Positions 27,915 to 37,883 are shown, counted from the first letter of the stretch. The stretch: DNA of 51,282 nt from Bdellovibrionota bacterium (GCA_044356215.1 JBIKWQ010000013.1:1-51282); one strand, 5' to 3'. Numbers and translations are program-made. Notes: generated from the letters alone by a model not told the origin.

Positions 27915-28322
27915 CTAAATCCCCACACCCACCCAAGCACCGATAAAAAATGTGGCGCTCAAGTAGATCCACAGCGCTGTAAACAGCAGGTGAATAGCTG
28001 TCTCAAAACGTTTGCCTCGCCAGAGCGAAGGTGAGTACACGAAAAATTGGCAAAATAGACGAGCTAGCCAGAATAGTCCCAGGCCAAAAAGGATACGTCT
28101 TCCAATAGGAGTAGCAAGAAGTTCATCAGATGATGAGAGTGTCAGGACTCCCATAAGACCTACAGTTAGCGAGATAAAAAGATAATGAACATAAAATATC
28201 TGACGGGTCAGTAGAGATAGGGGAGCAAGCTCCTCCCGCCAGCCAAAATAACGTGGAAAGAATACGTGAAGAACAGCAAGAAGCAGTAAGATTATTCCTA
28301 CAATGTGCAGATGGATGCTCAT
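27915..28322 (-). CDS. Hypothetical 4-TM membrane protein
   Basis: Four hydrophobic segments, HVFFPRYFGW, FW..RL..QFF.Y; 4-bp overlap with upstream gene. Confidence 0.75.
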   Translation of the reverse strand: MSIHLHIVGIILLLLAVLHVFFPRYFGWREELAPLSLLTRQIFYVHYLFISLTVGLMGVLTLSSSDELLATPIGRRILFGLGLFWLARLFCQFFVYSPSLWRGKRFETAIHLLFTALWIYLSATFFIGAWVGVGI

Positions 28323-29095
28323 GAGTTTGCTAAGCAGTATACGTGCACAAAGGGAGTTATGCGAGAGTAGTCTTTAATCTTTAATCCAGCGGCGGTGAAG
28401 TCATCTTGAAGTTCACCAAGGGGTAAAAAATGGAAGAACCCGATCGAGTAGGCGCAGAAATTAGCGAGATCGCGCGCATGTTCAACGACGATCAACGCTC
28501 CATTAGGTGTTAGCGCCGACTTGAGTTGCTCTAGAAAGGCGACGCGCTCGGCGCGTTCGCGGATCTCATGAACAGCGAGAATTAGAAATATAGCTTGATA
28601 GTGTTGGCTGGGTAGCCGCAGATCCGCGGCCGCGACGGATTTAGTTCCAGGAAAAACTGGCTGAGAAGCCCGTGCCCGTCTAATCGACCTCTCTGTATGG
28701 CGAAGAGGATCGTAGAAGTCGATCACCTCAAGCGCCACTCCTGGATACCGATTGAGAAGCGCCTGACTCGTCTCATCGAATCCGGCGTGGATATTTAGCG
28801 CGCGCTGTGTATCAGCAGGAAGGAGTGAGTCGAGCCAGCGGAGAGAGTAGAGAGGTGAGCGATCATATATAAACCAAGAGACAACGAGAGAAGCGAGGGT
28901 AGCAAGCAGAGTCCCCAACGCGATTAGGGAAGAGATCAAGATTATAACTCCTGAGTCTGCCGTTCCCGCTATGACGCCGCAAATAGCGACCACGAAAAAT
29001 GAAAAGATGAAAAACTCGTAGTTAAAGCGAATTATATTCCAGACTCCTTGAAAAGGTCCTCTATCGAGCTCTCCGCTGACGTTACGCATATTCAT
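28319..29095 (-). CDS. Membrane-anchored class I SAM-dependent methyltransferase
   Basis: Two N-terminal TM segments, NIHAGFDE, DFYDP..HTE.SIRRAR, L.VHEIR, G..IVVEH.RD. Confidence 0.7.
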   Translation of the reverse strand: MNMRNVSGELDRGPFQGVWNIIRFNYEFFIFSFFVVAICGVIAGTADSGVIILISSLIALGTLLATLASLVVSWFIYDRSPLYSLRWLDSLLPADTQRALNIHAGFDETSQALLNRYPGVALEVIDFYDPLRHTERSIRRARASQPVFPGTKSVAAADLRLPSQHYQAIFLILAVHEIRERAERVAFLEQLKSALTPNGALIVVEHARDLANFCAYSIGFFHFLPLGELQDDFTAAGLKIKDYSRITPFVHVYCLANS

Positions 29096-29122
29096 CTTCT
29101 AACTCCGAGCCCGTATCGTCGC

Positions 29123-29881
29123 TTAAATCCTAGTTGCCCTGTGCGGTAGTCTCTCAATCCTGGCTGCTTTCCATGAATATGGAATATCGTTCACCACAAA
29201 AGCGTTGGCTAGTGTGGTCTCAGTAAAGCCTAGAACCTGGATTGTAGGGATATCAGCGCGTGTAATCAGAACAGGCCTAGGCTCCCAGCCCTGTCGGACC
29301 CCCTGAACGATCGCCATCTCAGAGCGCCGTGGATCGAAAGAGAATGTAAAGGGTAGAGGTCCCGAGTAACGACGGGCGCTCTTCCAGGATGGAAAAGGAG
29401 AGTTCTCCGGCAGTGGTGGGTTATCGCCGCTGTGGGGTATCAGCGCCTCAACAAAAAGTCCGTTAGGAGATGACACAGTGATTGATCGTTCACCAGATGA
29501 CATCGAAAGCGGGATCCTGTTGTAGCGGTAGCTGGTGAATATATTCCCAAGGATCCGCATCTGCCAGCGATCGGTCTCTGATCGAAGGATGTATAGTCCA
29601 CGAAGAGTTCGACCACGGGCATCGCGATACCGCACGAAGATTCTATATCCAGCGAGAAGAAAGTCGCGCCCGAGCCAGCTCGGAAAACCGCGTGGTCTGA
29701 GCTCACGCGTATCAACAAAAGCGGCGGCTATGAAACCAAGATCGTCGTCAAATGTATCGAGTTCAAGATATGGAGGAAGTTTGGAGATCAACTGCGCGCG
29801 TGGTGCCGTGTAAGCCAAAACAAGCGAATTTTTGAAGAAAGCCTCAACTCCAAATGGATGGCGGAAGAGGGGCGTACTCAT
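29123..29881 (-). CDS. DUF2071-family (acetoacetate-decarboxylase-like fold) protein
   Basis: HPF.VEAFF..SLVL.Y, LRP.GFP..LG.DF.L.GYRIFVRY, RGLYILRSETD. Confidence 0.7.
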   Translation of the reverse strand: MSTPLFRHPFGVEAFFKNSLVLAYTAPRAQLISKLPPYLELDTFDDDLGFIAAAFVDTRELRPRGFPSWLGRDFLLAGYRIFVRYRDARGRTLRGLYILRSETDRWQMRILGNIFTSYRYNRIPLSMSSGERSITVSSPNGLFVEALIPHSGDNPPLPENSPFPSWKSARRYSGPLPFTFSFDPRRSEMAIVQGVRQGWEPRPVLITRADIPTIQVLGFTETTLANAFVVNDIPYSWKAARIERLPHRATRI

Positions 29882-30279
29882 ACTTTATCCTCCGCCTTAT
29901 TATTTCCGGAGGCTCTGTGTGGCGCAACCATATGGAGGTAGACTGTAACGACGAAGATCAGAGCGAAGAAGCCGTTTAGAGGTCCCCATAGAAGTAGATC
30001 CCGAGCAATCGTGAGTTCTATACAGTTCATGATGACCACAAGGGCGATCTGGAGCCATCCACAAACAGTGCGCCACTTTCCGCTGATCACCCATAGAGCA
30101 ATGAGCAGCTCCCCAACTCCGATCAGGATCGTTATCGGCCTGCTGAGAGGATCTCCGAACACTCGTGCGACGATCTGAATATGAGTTGGAGTGATAGGAA
30201 TTAACTTTCCAAGCAGCCCAAAAAGCAGCCATATCAGCGCGATCGAGTAAGTGATTATTCGACTACGAGTGAAGCTCAT
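29878..30279 (-). CDS. DoxX-like family membrane protein
   Basis: W..GL..KL....P.H.QIV.R, IG..E...A.W, Q......MN..E...A.DLLLWG. Confidence 0.72.
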   Translation of the reverse strand: MSFTRSRIITYSIALIWLLFGLLGKLIPITPTHIQIVARVFGDPLSRPITILIGVGELLIALWVISGKWRTVCGWLQIALVVIMNCIELTIARDLLLWGPLNGFFALIFVVTVYLHMVAPHRASGNNKAEDKV

Positions 30280-30392
30280 ATCTGTTTAGAGTACCACGGA
30301 TTTAGCTAGAGGTTCTAGGGAGGGGGGGTGAGGTTGGTGGGGGAGTAATAGAGTATTGTCGCGCCGGATCGGAGGAGTCGCGGGCCAAACAG

Positions 30393-30821
30393 CTATTTCT
30401 TCGCTTCTGACTCGCTATTCATAAAATTGATGATCTGACGTCGCAGCGGGATGAGATTCTCTGGACTAGTGAATGTCGCTGCTTGGATAAAGGCATGAAA
30501 TAGGACGGACTCCACGGCGCTAGGCATCGGCGAAATTCTTAGTAGGAACCTTTTGTAGCTCCGTAACTCAGAAGCCGCCTCTTCGGGTGGTAGTTGGTCT
30601 AATCCATTGAATTTCGCATCGCGAAAGAAAAAATTAACTTTTCCGTTCGCGGCAGAGTTTAAAGAACGCTCAAGCAATACTGCTTCGGGATGTTTGCCGG
30701 ATAAAATATCATGAAGAAAGATCTCGCGAGCTAAGTCAAGGAAGAGTTGAGCGGTCATTGAATATCCCGAGCCGACTTCCGTGCCGTCCTTATCTTTAAA
30801 CCTGAACAACGGTCTAGCCAT
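30393..30821 (-). CDS. Hypothetical protein (142 aa)
   Basis: Open frame from ATG 30821 with G-rich upstream; the longer ORF extension runs through a tandem repeat. Confidence 0.5.
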   Translation of the reverse strand: MARPLFRFKDKDGTEVGSGYSMTAQLFLDLAREIFLHDILSGKHPEAVLLERSLNSAANGKVNFFFRDAKFNGLDQLPPEEAASELRSYKRFLLRISPMPSAVESVLFHAFIQAATFTSPENLIPLRRQIINFMNSESEAKK

Positions 30822-30860
30822 CTCGCTAGCCCCCACCCCAAATCTCTCACCCCCTAACTC

Positions 30861-30889
30861 CCGGCAAATAATCCGGCAAATAATCCGGC
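30861..30889. repeat. 12-bp tandem repeat CCGGCAAATAAT (about 2.4 copies)
   Basis: CCGGCAAATAAT-CCGGCAAATAAT-CCGGC read directly. Confidence 0.85.
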
Positions 30890-30980
30890 GTTGTTTCAAT
30901 TAACTGTTTGATATATAATGAATTATCCCGAGCCGCCAAGCGGCAAAAAAAGCGGTACTTCTTACAAGATTACTATAAAA

Positions 30981-31377
30981 ATGGAACGACTAGATAATCC
31001 CCGTCTAATGGAGCCTTTACTACCTCCCGAGGGGACAAAGGTTCTTGAGGATCTGGCGGTCGAGCTGGTTTCAGCTTCTGGAGCCAGCCGGATTACTAGA
31101 CCGGGTGCGGCATTATTGCGCGGACCAGATAGAGCGTAAAGAGCTGCCTAAGGGCGCGTTCGAAGTTTTGCGAGAGGTGATACTTTTTGGTCCCCTTCCG
31201 CGAGCGAGAGTGGGTGATGTAACAGGCTACAAAGAGAGGCAGGCAAGGAGCGTTGTCGCGGCACTGCTCGAGCATGAGTTGCTAATCTCCGAATCCCCTC
31301 GCTCGCCTCTTCAGCTTCATATTCCGCACAAAGTTGTCTCAGCCTGGTTTCCGAGGCTTTATCCTGCAGAGCTATAG
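30981..31377 (+). pseudogene. Fic family gene with large internal deletion and frameshift
   Basis: N-terminus MERLDNPRLMEPLLP..LEDLAVEL joined out of frame (~31070-31080) to C-terminal HTH region TGYKERQAR.V...L....LL.S..PR.P.....P..V...WFPRLYP; no HPFxDGNGR motif. Confidence 0.7.
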
Positions 31378-31410
31378 ATGGCTTGAGGAAGCGAGGCTTT
31401 GTCGCTCTTC

Positions 31411-32808
31411 CTACAGCACCTTCCCCGGATTCATAATCCCCTTGGGGTCAAAAACGTTCTTTATGCCGCGCATTAATTCGATCTCCTCAAGTGATCTCGT
31501 GTAGGTCAGAAAATCACGCTTTAAAAGTCCTACGCCGTGTTCGGCGGAGATGCTTCCGTTGTAACGCTTTACAGCCCCAAAAACGATCTTGTCTGACTCG
31601 TGGCACCGCTCCCAGAAGTTAGCGTCAGACATCTCTTGAGGTTTAAGAACGTTGACGTGCAGATTGCCATCTCCAACGTGACCAAATACCGCTACGCGGT
31701 ATGTTGGGTAGGCCTCACGAATGGCAGTGTGAAGATCCTTCAAGAAAGCGGGGATAGATCCAACAGGAACCGAGATGTCATTTTTGTGAATGGTGTGGTG
31801 CTGACTAAGTGTCTCGCTGATTAGATCGCGGAGATTCATCAGTTCCTGAGCCTGATTTGTTGACTCGCTCACCACAACATCTTGAATTAGGCCATCCTCA
31901 TAGGCTTTTGCGAAGACGGTGTTAATCGATTCACGGTCTGATGGTTGATCAATTTCGATCTCAGCTAGTACGTAAGCTTGATAAGATTGCGAGAGCGGAT
32001 CTCTGACGCCACGGTGTCGGACAACTTCCGAATACGGGATTCGTTCCATAAACTCAAAAGCTGATAAGGTTTTAAATGAGTCTCTACAGAGTGTAAGCAG
32101 AGGAAGGATCGAATCCAAGTCTGATAGTCCGCATAAAATTCTCGATATATCGCGGGGTGGAGAGGCGAGTCGCAGAGTAGCTTCGGTGATAATTCCAAGT
32201 GTACCTTCAGATCCGATAAATAGCTGTCGGAGATCGTACCCTGAATTGTTTTTAAAGAGAGAGCCGTTTAGGGTTAGTACCGCGCCTGTGCCTGTTACTA
32301 CCTTTAATCCAAGTACCTGCTCACGAAAATTTCCGTATCTGATCACTCTGATTCCGCCGGCGTTAGTGGCGATGTTTCCTCCGATCTGAGCGGAGCCACG
32401 ACTTGAGAAATCAACTGGGAAGTATAGGTCATTAGATAGCACAGTCTGTTGAATGACTTCAAGTGGAGCGCCCGCCTGGCAGCGGATAGTACGATCAACT
32501 CGGTTGACCTCAAGTATCGATCGCATGCGCTCCATATTAATAAGAACCTCACCACGTGTAGCAGTTGCTCCACCACTTAATCCGGTGCGGCCTCCAGAGG
32601 GCACTAGGGGAATTGAATTTTCGTAACAGGTGCTAACGATCGCTTGAACTTCCTCAGTTGATTGTGGCAGTAAGACTACAGATGGATTAGGGGTAAAATC
32701 TTTAAGCCAATCAGCACCATAGAAGGTTCTAGATTTTTCGTCGGTTAATACCCGCTCTGGTGATAAGATCACGCCAAACAGCTTTGATAAAGTGCTGATA
32801 TCATTCAT
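31411..32808 (-). CDS. FAD-linked oxidase (D-2-hydroxyglutarate/D-lactate dehydrogenase family)
   Basis: PSGGRTGLSGGA, IGGNIATNAGG, KNNSGYDL..LFIGSEGTLG, GHVGDGNLH, GSISAEHGVG, DPKGIMNPGK. Confidence 0.92.
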   Translation of the reverse strand: MNDISTLSKLFGVILSPERVLTDEKSRTFYGADWLKDFTPNPSVVLLPQSTEEVQAIVSTCYENSIPLVPSGGRTGLSGGATATRGEVLINMERMRSILEVNRVDRTIRCQAGAPLEVIQQTVLSNDLYFPVDFSSRGSAQIGGNIATNAGGIRVIRYGNFREQVLGLKVVTGTGAVLTLNGSLFKNNSGYDLRQLFIGSEGTLGIITEATLRLASPPRDISRILCGLSDLDSILPLLTLCRDSFKTLSAFEFMERIPYSEVVRHRGVRDPLSQSYQAYVLAEIEIDQPSDRESINTVFAKAYEDGLIQDVVVSESTNQAQELMNLRDLISETLSQHHTIHKNDISVPVGSIPAFLKDLHTAIREAYPTYRVAVFGHVGDGNLHVNVLKPQEMSDANFWERCHESDKIVFGAVKRYNGSISAEHGVGLLKRDFLTYTRSLEEIELMRGIKNVFDPKGIMNPGKVL

Positions 32809-32912
32809 TGGTAATTTCCTGAAGCAAAACAAACAACGTAGCGGAATAGGGGATGGTAGCACATTTGGTAGGTTTTCAGCGACCCTTTAATCAAATCTTG
32901 GAGTGATAAGCC

Positions 32913-33905
32913 GTGAAGCTATTAGGCAATATTAAAGGCGGGATATCGAGCTATTTTGATTGGGTCGCGCGTTGGCGCTCTCTGCCAGTTAAGGCTTGGA
33001 TCGATGGAGCTGAGCTTTATCAGCGCGGCGATTTTGTAAATGCCGCGGAGAATTATAAGCGAGGTTTAAAGTCTCATCCCAACAGCCCGGCGCGAGTTAA
33101 TGCTCTTCTTGATCTAGCGCACTGCCTCTTCCGTTTGAAAAGGTTTGAGGAATCAGAGAATTATTTAAAACAGGCGATCTCCCACTTCCCAACGACTCGT
33201 GAGGGATATGTTCGGCTAGCGCGTTTGCAGCTCTGGTTAGGTTACGCGATTGAGGCGCTTTGGACGATGAGGATCTGCGCGCAGCGGATCGCGCTTGATC
33301 CAGAGATCGCGACTCTGTTTATTACGGCGGTTATTGAATCCAAAGCTGACGCGGCGGCGGTCGCTGAAGCTAGTAGTTTACTAGCGCGAGTTCATTATGA
33401 CGCGGGTGGCTTCCCACGGCTTGAGGTCGCGCGCGCGCGTCTGGAATTGCTGGCGGGTGACCTAGAGAGTTCAAGAGATGACTTGGCGAAACTGGCGGCT
33501 CAGGATAGAGGTCCATTTGAGGCGGTCGTCGCGTTCGCCGAGGTGCTTATCTCGGAGGGTAAACTCGCGTATGCGAGACATCATCTGCATAGAGCGCTGT
33601 CAGCGGCACCCGAGCATCCACGAGTACTAAGACTATTAGCTCGCAGCTATTTAACAGATGGGGCTTTTTATGAGCCTGATTACGCGGTTCAGCTCGCTCT
33701 AAAGGCATGTCAGATAACAGGCTGGAGAGGTTTGCACGAGACGTACATCCTGGCGCAAGCCTATTTGGCGGTGGGTGATAAGTCGGCAGCATTGCTAGCA
33801 GCCATGAGCGCCAAGAAGATAGCCGGCAGACTCATCGGTGGATATCCTGACATTGAGAGCCTTGAGAGAATTTTACAGGTAGAGGCTGTGGATTCGCAGG
33901 TTTAG
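32913..33905 (+). CDS. Tetratricopeptide repeat protein
   Basis: Repeated TPR-like helical pairs; GGAG SD before GTG. Confidence 0.75.
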   Translation: MKLLGNIKGGISSYFDWVARWRSLPVKAWIDGAELYQRGDFVNAAENYKRGLKSHPNSPARVNALLDLAHCLFRLKRFEESENYLKQAISHFPTTREGYVRLARLQLWLGYAIEALWTMRICAQRIALDPEIATLFITAVIESKADAAAVAEASSLLARVHYDAGGFPRLEVARARLELLAGDLESSRDDLAKLAAQDRGPFEAVVAFAEVLISEGKLAYARHHLHRALSAAPEHPRVLRLLARSYLTDGAFYEPDYAVQLALKACQITGWRGLHETYILAQAYLAVGDKSAALLAAMSAKKIAGRLIGGYPDIESLERILQVEAVDSQV

Positions 33906-34046
33906 AGTGGTAAAATAATGTACTTTCAGCGCTGACCAAATTTGGTCATGAGCCGCTCTGGCATTAGAAATTCATTAGCGCTATGATCGAACGTGTAAGC
34001 CGTCACTGATAAATATCAGGGTGTTCGATAGCTGTAATAGGTTTTT

Positions 34047-34385
34047 ATGAGCGGAAATTGGTTATACGAGATAAGTGGCTTGGTCGCGGTGTCGGCGGCA
34101 GATGTGCCGAATATAACTGGCGAAGTGCGCTTGAGATGTGGTGAATTCGCGAGGAGTATACGCCTAGCGGATGGTCAGATCTTAGCGGGGGATTCCGCGT
34201 GCTCCGAGATACTAGGAGACGAGGATATCTTCAAAGATCTTGCCGCTGGAAGGATTTCGTTACAGGCAGCTTTCAGCGCTGGTAGGGTAAGTCTTTCCGG
34301 AGATCCTGAGCCCTTGCTACGGCTAGCGATGGTGTTGAGTGGAAGAACCGCTAATCTTGGCCCCGCAGACGTGACAGCTAGCTAA
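34047..34385 (+). CDS. Small SCP2 sterol-binding-like domain protein
   Basis: F..L..G.IS...AF..G.V.L.GD....L.L C-terminal SCP2 pattern. Confidence 0.6.
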   Translation: MSGNWLYEISGLVAVSAADVPNITGEVRLRCGEFARSIRLADGQILAGDSACSEILGDEDIFKDLAAGRISLQAAFSAGRVSLSGDPEPLLRLAMVLSGRTANLGPADVTAS

Positions 34386-34392
34386 TTGAGGA

Positions 34393-34860
34393 TTGGTTAA
34401 AGTGAATTTAGATGAAGTCTATCAGGAGCTACTCCTGGATCACTACAAAGCCCCGCGTTGCAAAGGGGTGCTGCTAAATCCCGATAGGTCGGTTGATCTC
34501 CATAACCCCCTATGTGGAGATCAGATCTCATTGTCGATTAAGTTCTCAGAAGAGGCGATCTCTGAGATAGCCTTTATGGGTCACGGCTGTTCAATTAGTC
34601 AGGCCACAGCTTCAATGATGTCTGAGCTTTTGCGCGGCAAATCAAAAGATGAGGCGCGTAGGTTGTCGAAGCTCTTTAGGCAGATGATTAAGAGTGAAGC
34701 CACGGGCGACGAACTAAATGACTTAGGCGACGCTATGGCGTTAGAGGGTGTAAAAAAACACTCAGCGCGGATCAAGTGCGCTCTATTAGCGTGGGATTGC
34801 GTCGATCGTCTCTTAAGTGACGACAGCAACAGAAGCATGCGCGATCAGATCCCCGGATAG
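34393..34860 (+). CDS. sufU: SUF-system NifU/SufU-family Fe-S assembly protein
   Basis: YQELLLDHYKAPR, NPLCGD, GCSISQA.ASMM, RIKCALLAW. Confidence 0.88.
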   Translation: MVKVNLDEVYQELLLDHYKAPRCKGVLLNPDRSVDLHNPLCGDQISLSIKFSEEAISEIAFMGHGCSISQATASMMSELLRGKSKDEARRLSKLFRQMIKSEATGDELNDLGDAMALEGVKKHSARIKCALLAWDCVDRLLSDDSNRSMRDQIPG

Positions 34861-34897
34861 CAAGCAACGGCGCGAACGCGCCGTTTTGCCTCGCTTC

Positions 34898-35551
34898 CTA
34901 AACGTTAATCAATCCTTCCGATATCGCCATCCTGACTAGTTCAGCGTTGCTGCGCATCTGAAGCTTCTTCAGAATGTTGGCTCTGTGTGTATCGACTGTA
35001 CGGGTGCTAATTGAAAGAAGTTTTCCGATATCACGGTTCTTCTTGCCTTGAGCTAACATTAAGAAGATCTCGTGCTCTCTCTTTGATAAGAGATCTTGCG
35101 ATGTTCCGTTGACCCATGGGACCACGGAATCCTCTTTGTTGTTGTAGTCCTTAGCCTTCACATTTGGGCTGACATAGGTCTTGCCGTTCGCGACCGCCTC
35201 AATCGCTGATTCCATCTCAGTAAATCCAGACTGCTTAGGGACAAATCCTTGAGCGCCAGCATTCAGAGCGGCCTGCAACGCTGAGCTATCGCCGTTATTC
35301 GACAAGATTAAAATAGGCGATTTAACCCCGCTATTACGGAGCTTTTGAATCGCGTCAAAGCTCGCGTACTTCGATAGCACCATATCAAGGATAATCACAT
35401 CCGCTTTCCATGTCGCCGGATTACCTAAAAGCTCGCCGGTGTCAGCCGACTGGCCTACCACCTCGTATTTTTCAGTAGCGGAGAAGGCGCGAGCGAATGC
35501 CTCCCTCGTCAGTGATTGATCCTCGACTAGAAAAAGCTTAACCGATGCCAT
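34898..35551 (-). CDS. NarL/LuxR-family response regulator
   Basis: Receiver (LVEDQ, ILDM, GFVPK) plus LuxR HTH LSKREHEI..ISTRTVDTHRANILKKL. Confidence 0.93.
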   Translation of the reverse strand: MASVKLFLVEDQSLTREAFARAFSATEKYEVVGQSADTGELLGNPATWKADVIILDMVLSKYASFDAIQKLRNSGVKSPILILSNNGDSSALQAALNAGAQGFVPKQSGFTEMESAIEAVANGKTYVSPNVKAKDYNNKEDSVVPWVNGTSQDLLSKREHEIFLMLAQGKKNRDIGKLLSISTRTVDTHRANILKKLQMRSNAELVRMAISEGLINV

Positions 35552-35732
35552 AATTCCCCTCTCTAAATAGTTCGCAAGGTTTTAATACGAGCCGCATCTG
35601 AGCGACGTCACTTCGACGCGATAGCTACTTCGCTGCCCTTACCTTTTCTTACGGACAATTCTTAAAAAAACTTTAGAGGAAAGTAGGGATACGGGACAAA
35701 ACCTTGCCTAGGCAAGTCCTGGTTTTGCTTCC

Positions 35733-36668
35733 TTAAGTGCAGGCTACCCACGACCGAGGCTTGCTAAGCACTTGAATTAACTCCTCCTCGCGCGATCCTG
35801 GAAGAATTTGCGGGCAGTAATCCCAGCGAACCTCTGGAGGTAGAGACATCAGAATAGACTCGGTTCTGCCCCCGGTCTGTAATCCAAAATGAGTGCCGCG
35901 ATCGTAAAGTAGGTTAAACTCAACGTATCTACCGCGTCTAAGGAGCTGGAAGTTCCTCTCTTTATCCGTGAATGGAGTGTTCATTCTGCGTTCGACGATC
36001 GGAATATACTGTTCTGTAAAAGCGAATCCGAGATCTCCCGCAAATTTTATAAGCTTCTCGTGGTCGGCCCCATCGTTTCTGCCGAGGTGATCAAAAAATA
36101 TTCCACCAATACCTCGAGTCTCTCCGCGGTGTGGAAGATAAAAGTACTCGTCACACCATTTTTTAAAGCGCGGATAGTAATCAGCGGAGTGAGAATCGCA
36201 GATCTGTTTGAGAACCGAGTGAAAATGAACGGCATCCTCCTGCTCAAAGTAGTAGGGGGTCAGATCCGAACCTCCGCCGAACCAAGCTTGACCGTTTAAT
36301 TCAAGATAGCGCCAGTTGGCGTGAGTCGTTGGAACCATCGGTGAGCGTGGATGGATAACCAACGATACTCCGGTGGCGAAAAACGGCAGCTCCTGTTTGG
36401 GGGCGCCCAGCTTCTCAGCGAAATCTGCGGAGACATGCCCGAAAACCTGGCTAAAATTAACCCCTGCCTTCTCAAATACACGACCGTTCGTCAGGACTCG
36501 CGTAGCTCCGCCTCCGCCGTCTCCACCTTTAATATCAGGCCTATTCCAGTTGTCAGTGATGAACTTTGCGCCACCATCATTAGCTTCTAGTTTTGAGCAG
36601 ATGTGGGTTTGGATAGATTGAAACAAACGCGCCGCGCGCTCGCCTATTGGTGATGATTCAGTGCTCAT
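35733..36668 (-). CDS. hemF: Oxygen-dependent coproporphyrinogen III oxidase
   Basis: FEKAGVNFS, HPRSPMVPTTHANWR, WFGGGSDLTP, RRGRYVEFNLLYDRGT.FGL..GGRTESILMSLP. Confidence 0.96.
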   Translation of the reverse strand: MSTESSPIGERAARLFQSIQTHICSKLEANDGGAKFITDNWNRPDIKGGDGGGGATRVLTNGRVFEKAGVNFSQVFGHVSADFAEKLGAPKQELPFFATGVSLVIHPRSPMVPTTHANWRYLELNGQAWFGGGSDLTPYYFEQEDAVHFHSVLKQICDSHSADYYPRFKKWCDEYFYLPHRGETRGIGGIFFDHLGRNDGADHEKLIKFAGDLGFAFTEQYIPIVERRMNTPFTDKERNFQLLRRGRYVEFNLLYDRGTHFGLQTGGRTESILMSLPPEVRWDYCPQILPGSREEELIQVLSKPRSWVACT

Positions 36669-36675
36669 GGCTAAA

Positions 36676-37833
36676 CTACTTATCTAATTCACTTCCAACC
36701 AGCTTTAAGCATACAGCGGAGGCTTTCTCGATGTCGACAGAGGCGCCCAAACTTTTCGCGGTTAATCCGATAGCCATTATGGCGTTCATAACCTCGAAGG
36801 GATCAACGTGTCCCATGTGTCCTACTCTGACGATCTCGCCTGTGAATTTCCCTTGGCCACCAGCTAGGCGAATCCCAAATCTCTTTCTGACATCTGAGCG
36901 CAGGGTGTCCGCCTCAACCGAATGAGGGGGATAAAAACCTGTAACACTTGTGCTTGGCGCCATCGGAGCGACGATGCGACACCCCAGAGCGCTTAGACCC
37001 TCTCGCGCTATTTGCGCTAAAAGAGCGTGACGCTTGTAGATGTTCTCAAGCCCCTCTTCTTTGAAGATCTCAATAGCGGCGTTTAGACCAACGATAATAG
37101 TTGAAGCAGGTGTCCAAGATGTCTCTCCAGAGAGAAGAGACTTTCTTTCCTTCTCAAGATCAAAATAGAGAGTTCTCTTCGGGGTTTCCTCAACCGCGCT
37201 CCATGCCTTCGCCGATAAAAGAACCATCGATAAGCCCGGAGGAAGCATAAATGCCTTTTGTGATCCCGCTATGTATATATCGATCGTCTCAGGGGTTCCA
37301 GGCATAGGAGTAGTCGCGCACGAGGAGATCCCATCGACTATAGCTAGCATGTTAGGTGCCAGACGCTTAACTTCGGGTAGTATCTCGCTTAGCGGATGTA
37401 ATGCGGTGGTGGATGTCTCGCTGTGTTGGACGCAGAACGCGCGCGCCTTTGGATGAGCCGATACAAAAGCTCTGGTCTGCTCAACACTGACTCCGTAGCC
37501 CCATTCAACGATTAACTCGTGAACTACTAGGCCTAGACGCTCGCCGATCGACCTCCAACGCGCGCCGAAAGCACCGCCGTTAACGGTGATAATCTCGTCT
37601 CCTGGTTTGCAGGTATTTAGGATTGCGGCTTCCATCGCGCCCGTTCCAGAGCTCGCTAGGAAGACAGGGTCATTATCCCAGCCACATAGCCAACGCATCC
37701 CCTCAGCCGCCTTTTTTAACTCCTGCTTAAAAACCTCGCTTCTGTGGTGAAGCAGTGGGCGCTCCATCGCCTGTAAAACTCGAAGAGGGATTGGAGTTGG
37801 TCCGGGAGTTAAGAGTCTTTCTTTGTAGTTCAT
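36676..37833 (-). CDS. Class V PLP aminotransferase (serine-pyruvate / alanine-glyoxylate family)
   Basis: LLTPGPT, SSGTGAMEA, HSETST, VDGISS, GSQKAFMLPPG, RVGHMG. Confidence 0.9.
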   Translation of the reverse strand: MNYKERLLTPGPTPIPLRVLQAMERPLLHHRSEVFKQELKKAAEGMRWLCGWDNDPVFLASSGTGAMEAAILNTCKPGDEIITVNGGAFGARWRSIGERLGLVVHELIVEWGYGVSVEQTRAFVSAHPKARAFCVQHSETSTTALHPLSEILPEVKRLAPNMLAIVDGISSCATTPMPGTPETIDIYIAGSQKAFMLPPGLSMVLLSAKAWSAVEETPKRTLYFDLEKERKSLLSGETSWTPASTIIVGLNAAIEIFKEEGLENIYKRHALLAQIAREGLSALGCRIVAPMAPSTSVTGFYPPHSVEADTLRSDVRKRFGIRLAGGQGKFTGEIVRVGHMGHVDPFEVMNAIMAIGLTAKSLGASVDIEKASAVCLKLVGSELDK

Positions 37834-37883
37834 TTAGCTTTCTCGCATTTACCAAAACACATTGTCGCGTGTGTCTCAAGCCT

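Noticed and set aside
30822..30980. ORF starts at 30899 (minus) and 30918 (plus)
   Set aside because: The minus extension translates the tandem repeat (IICRIICR); Fic-like sequence begins only at ATG 30981
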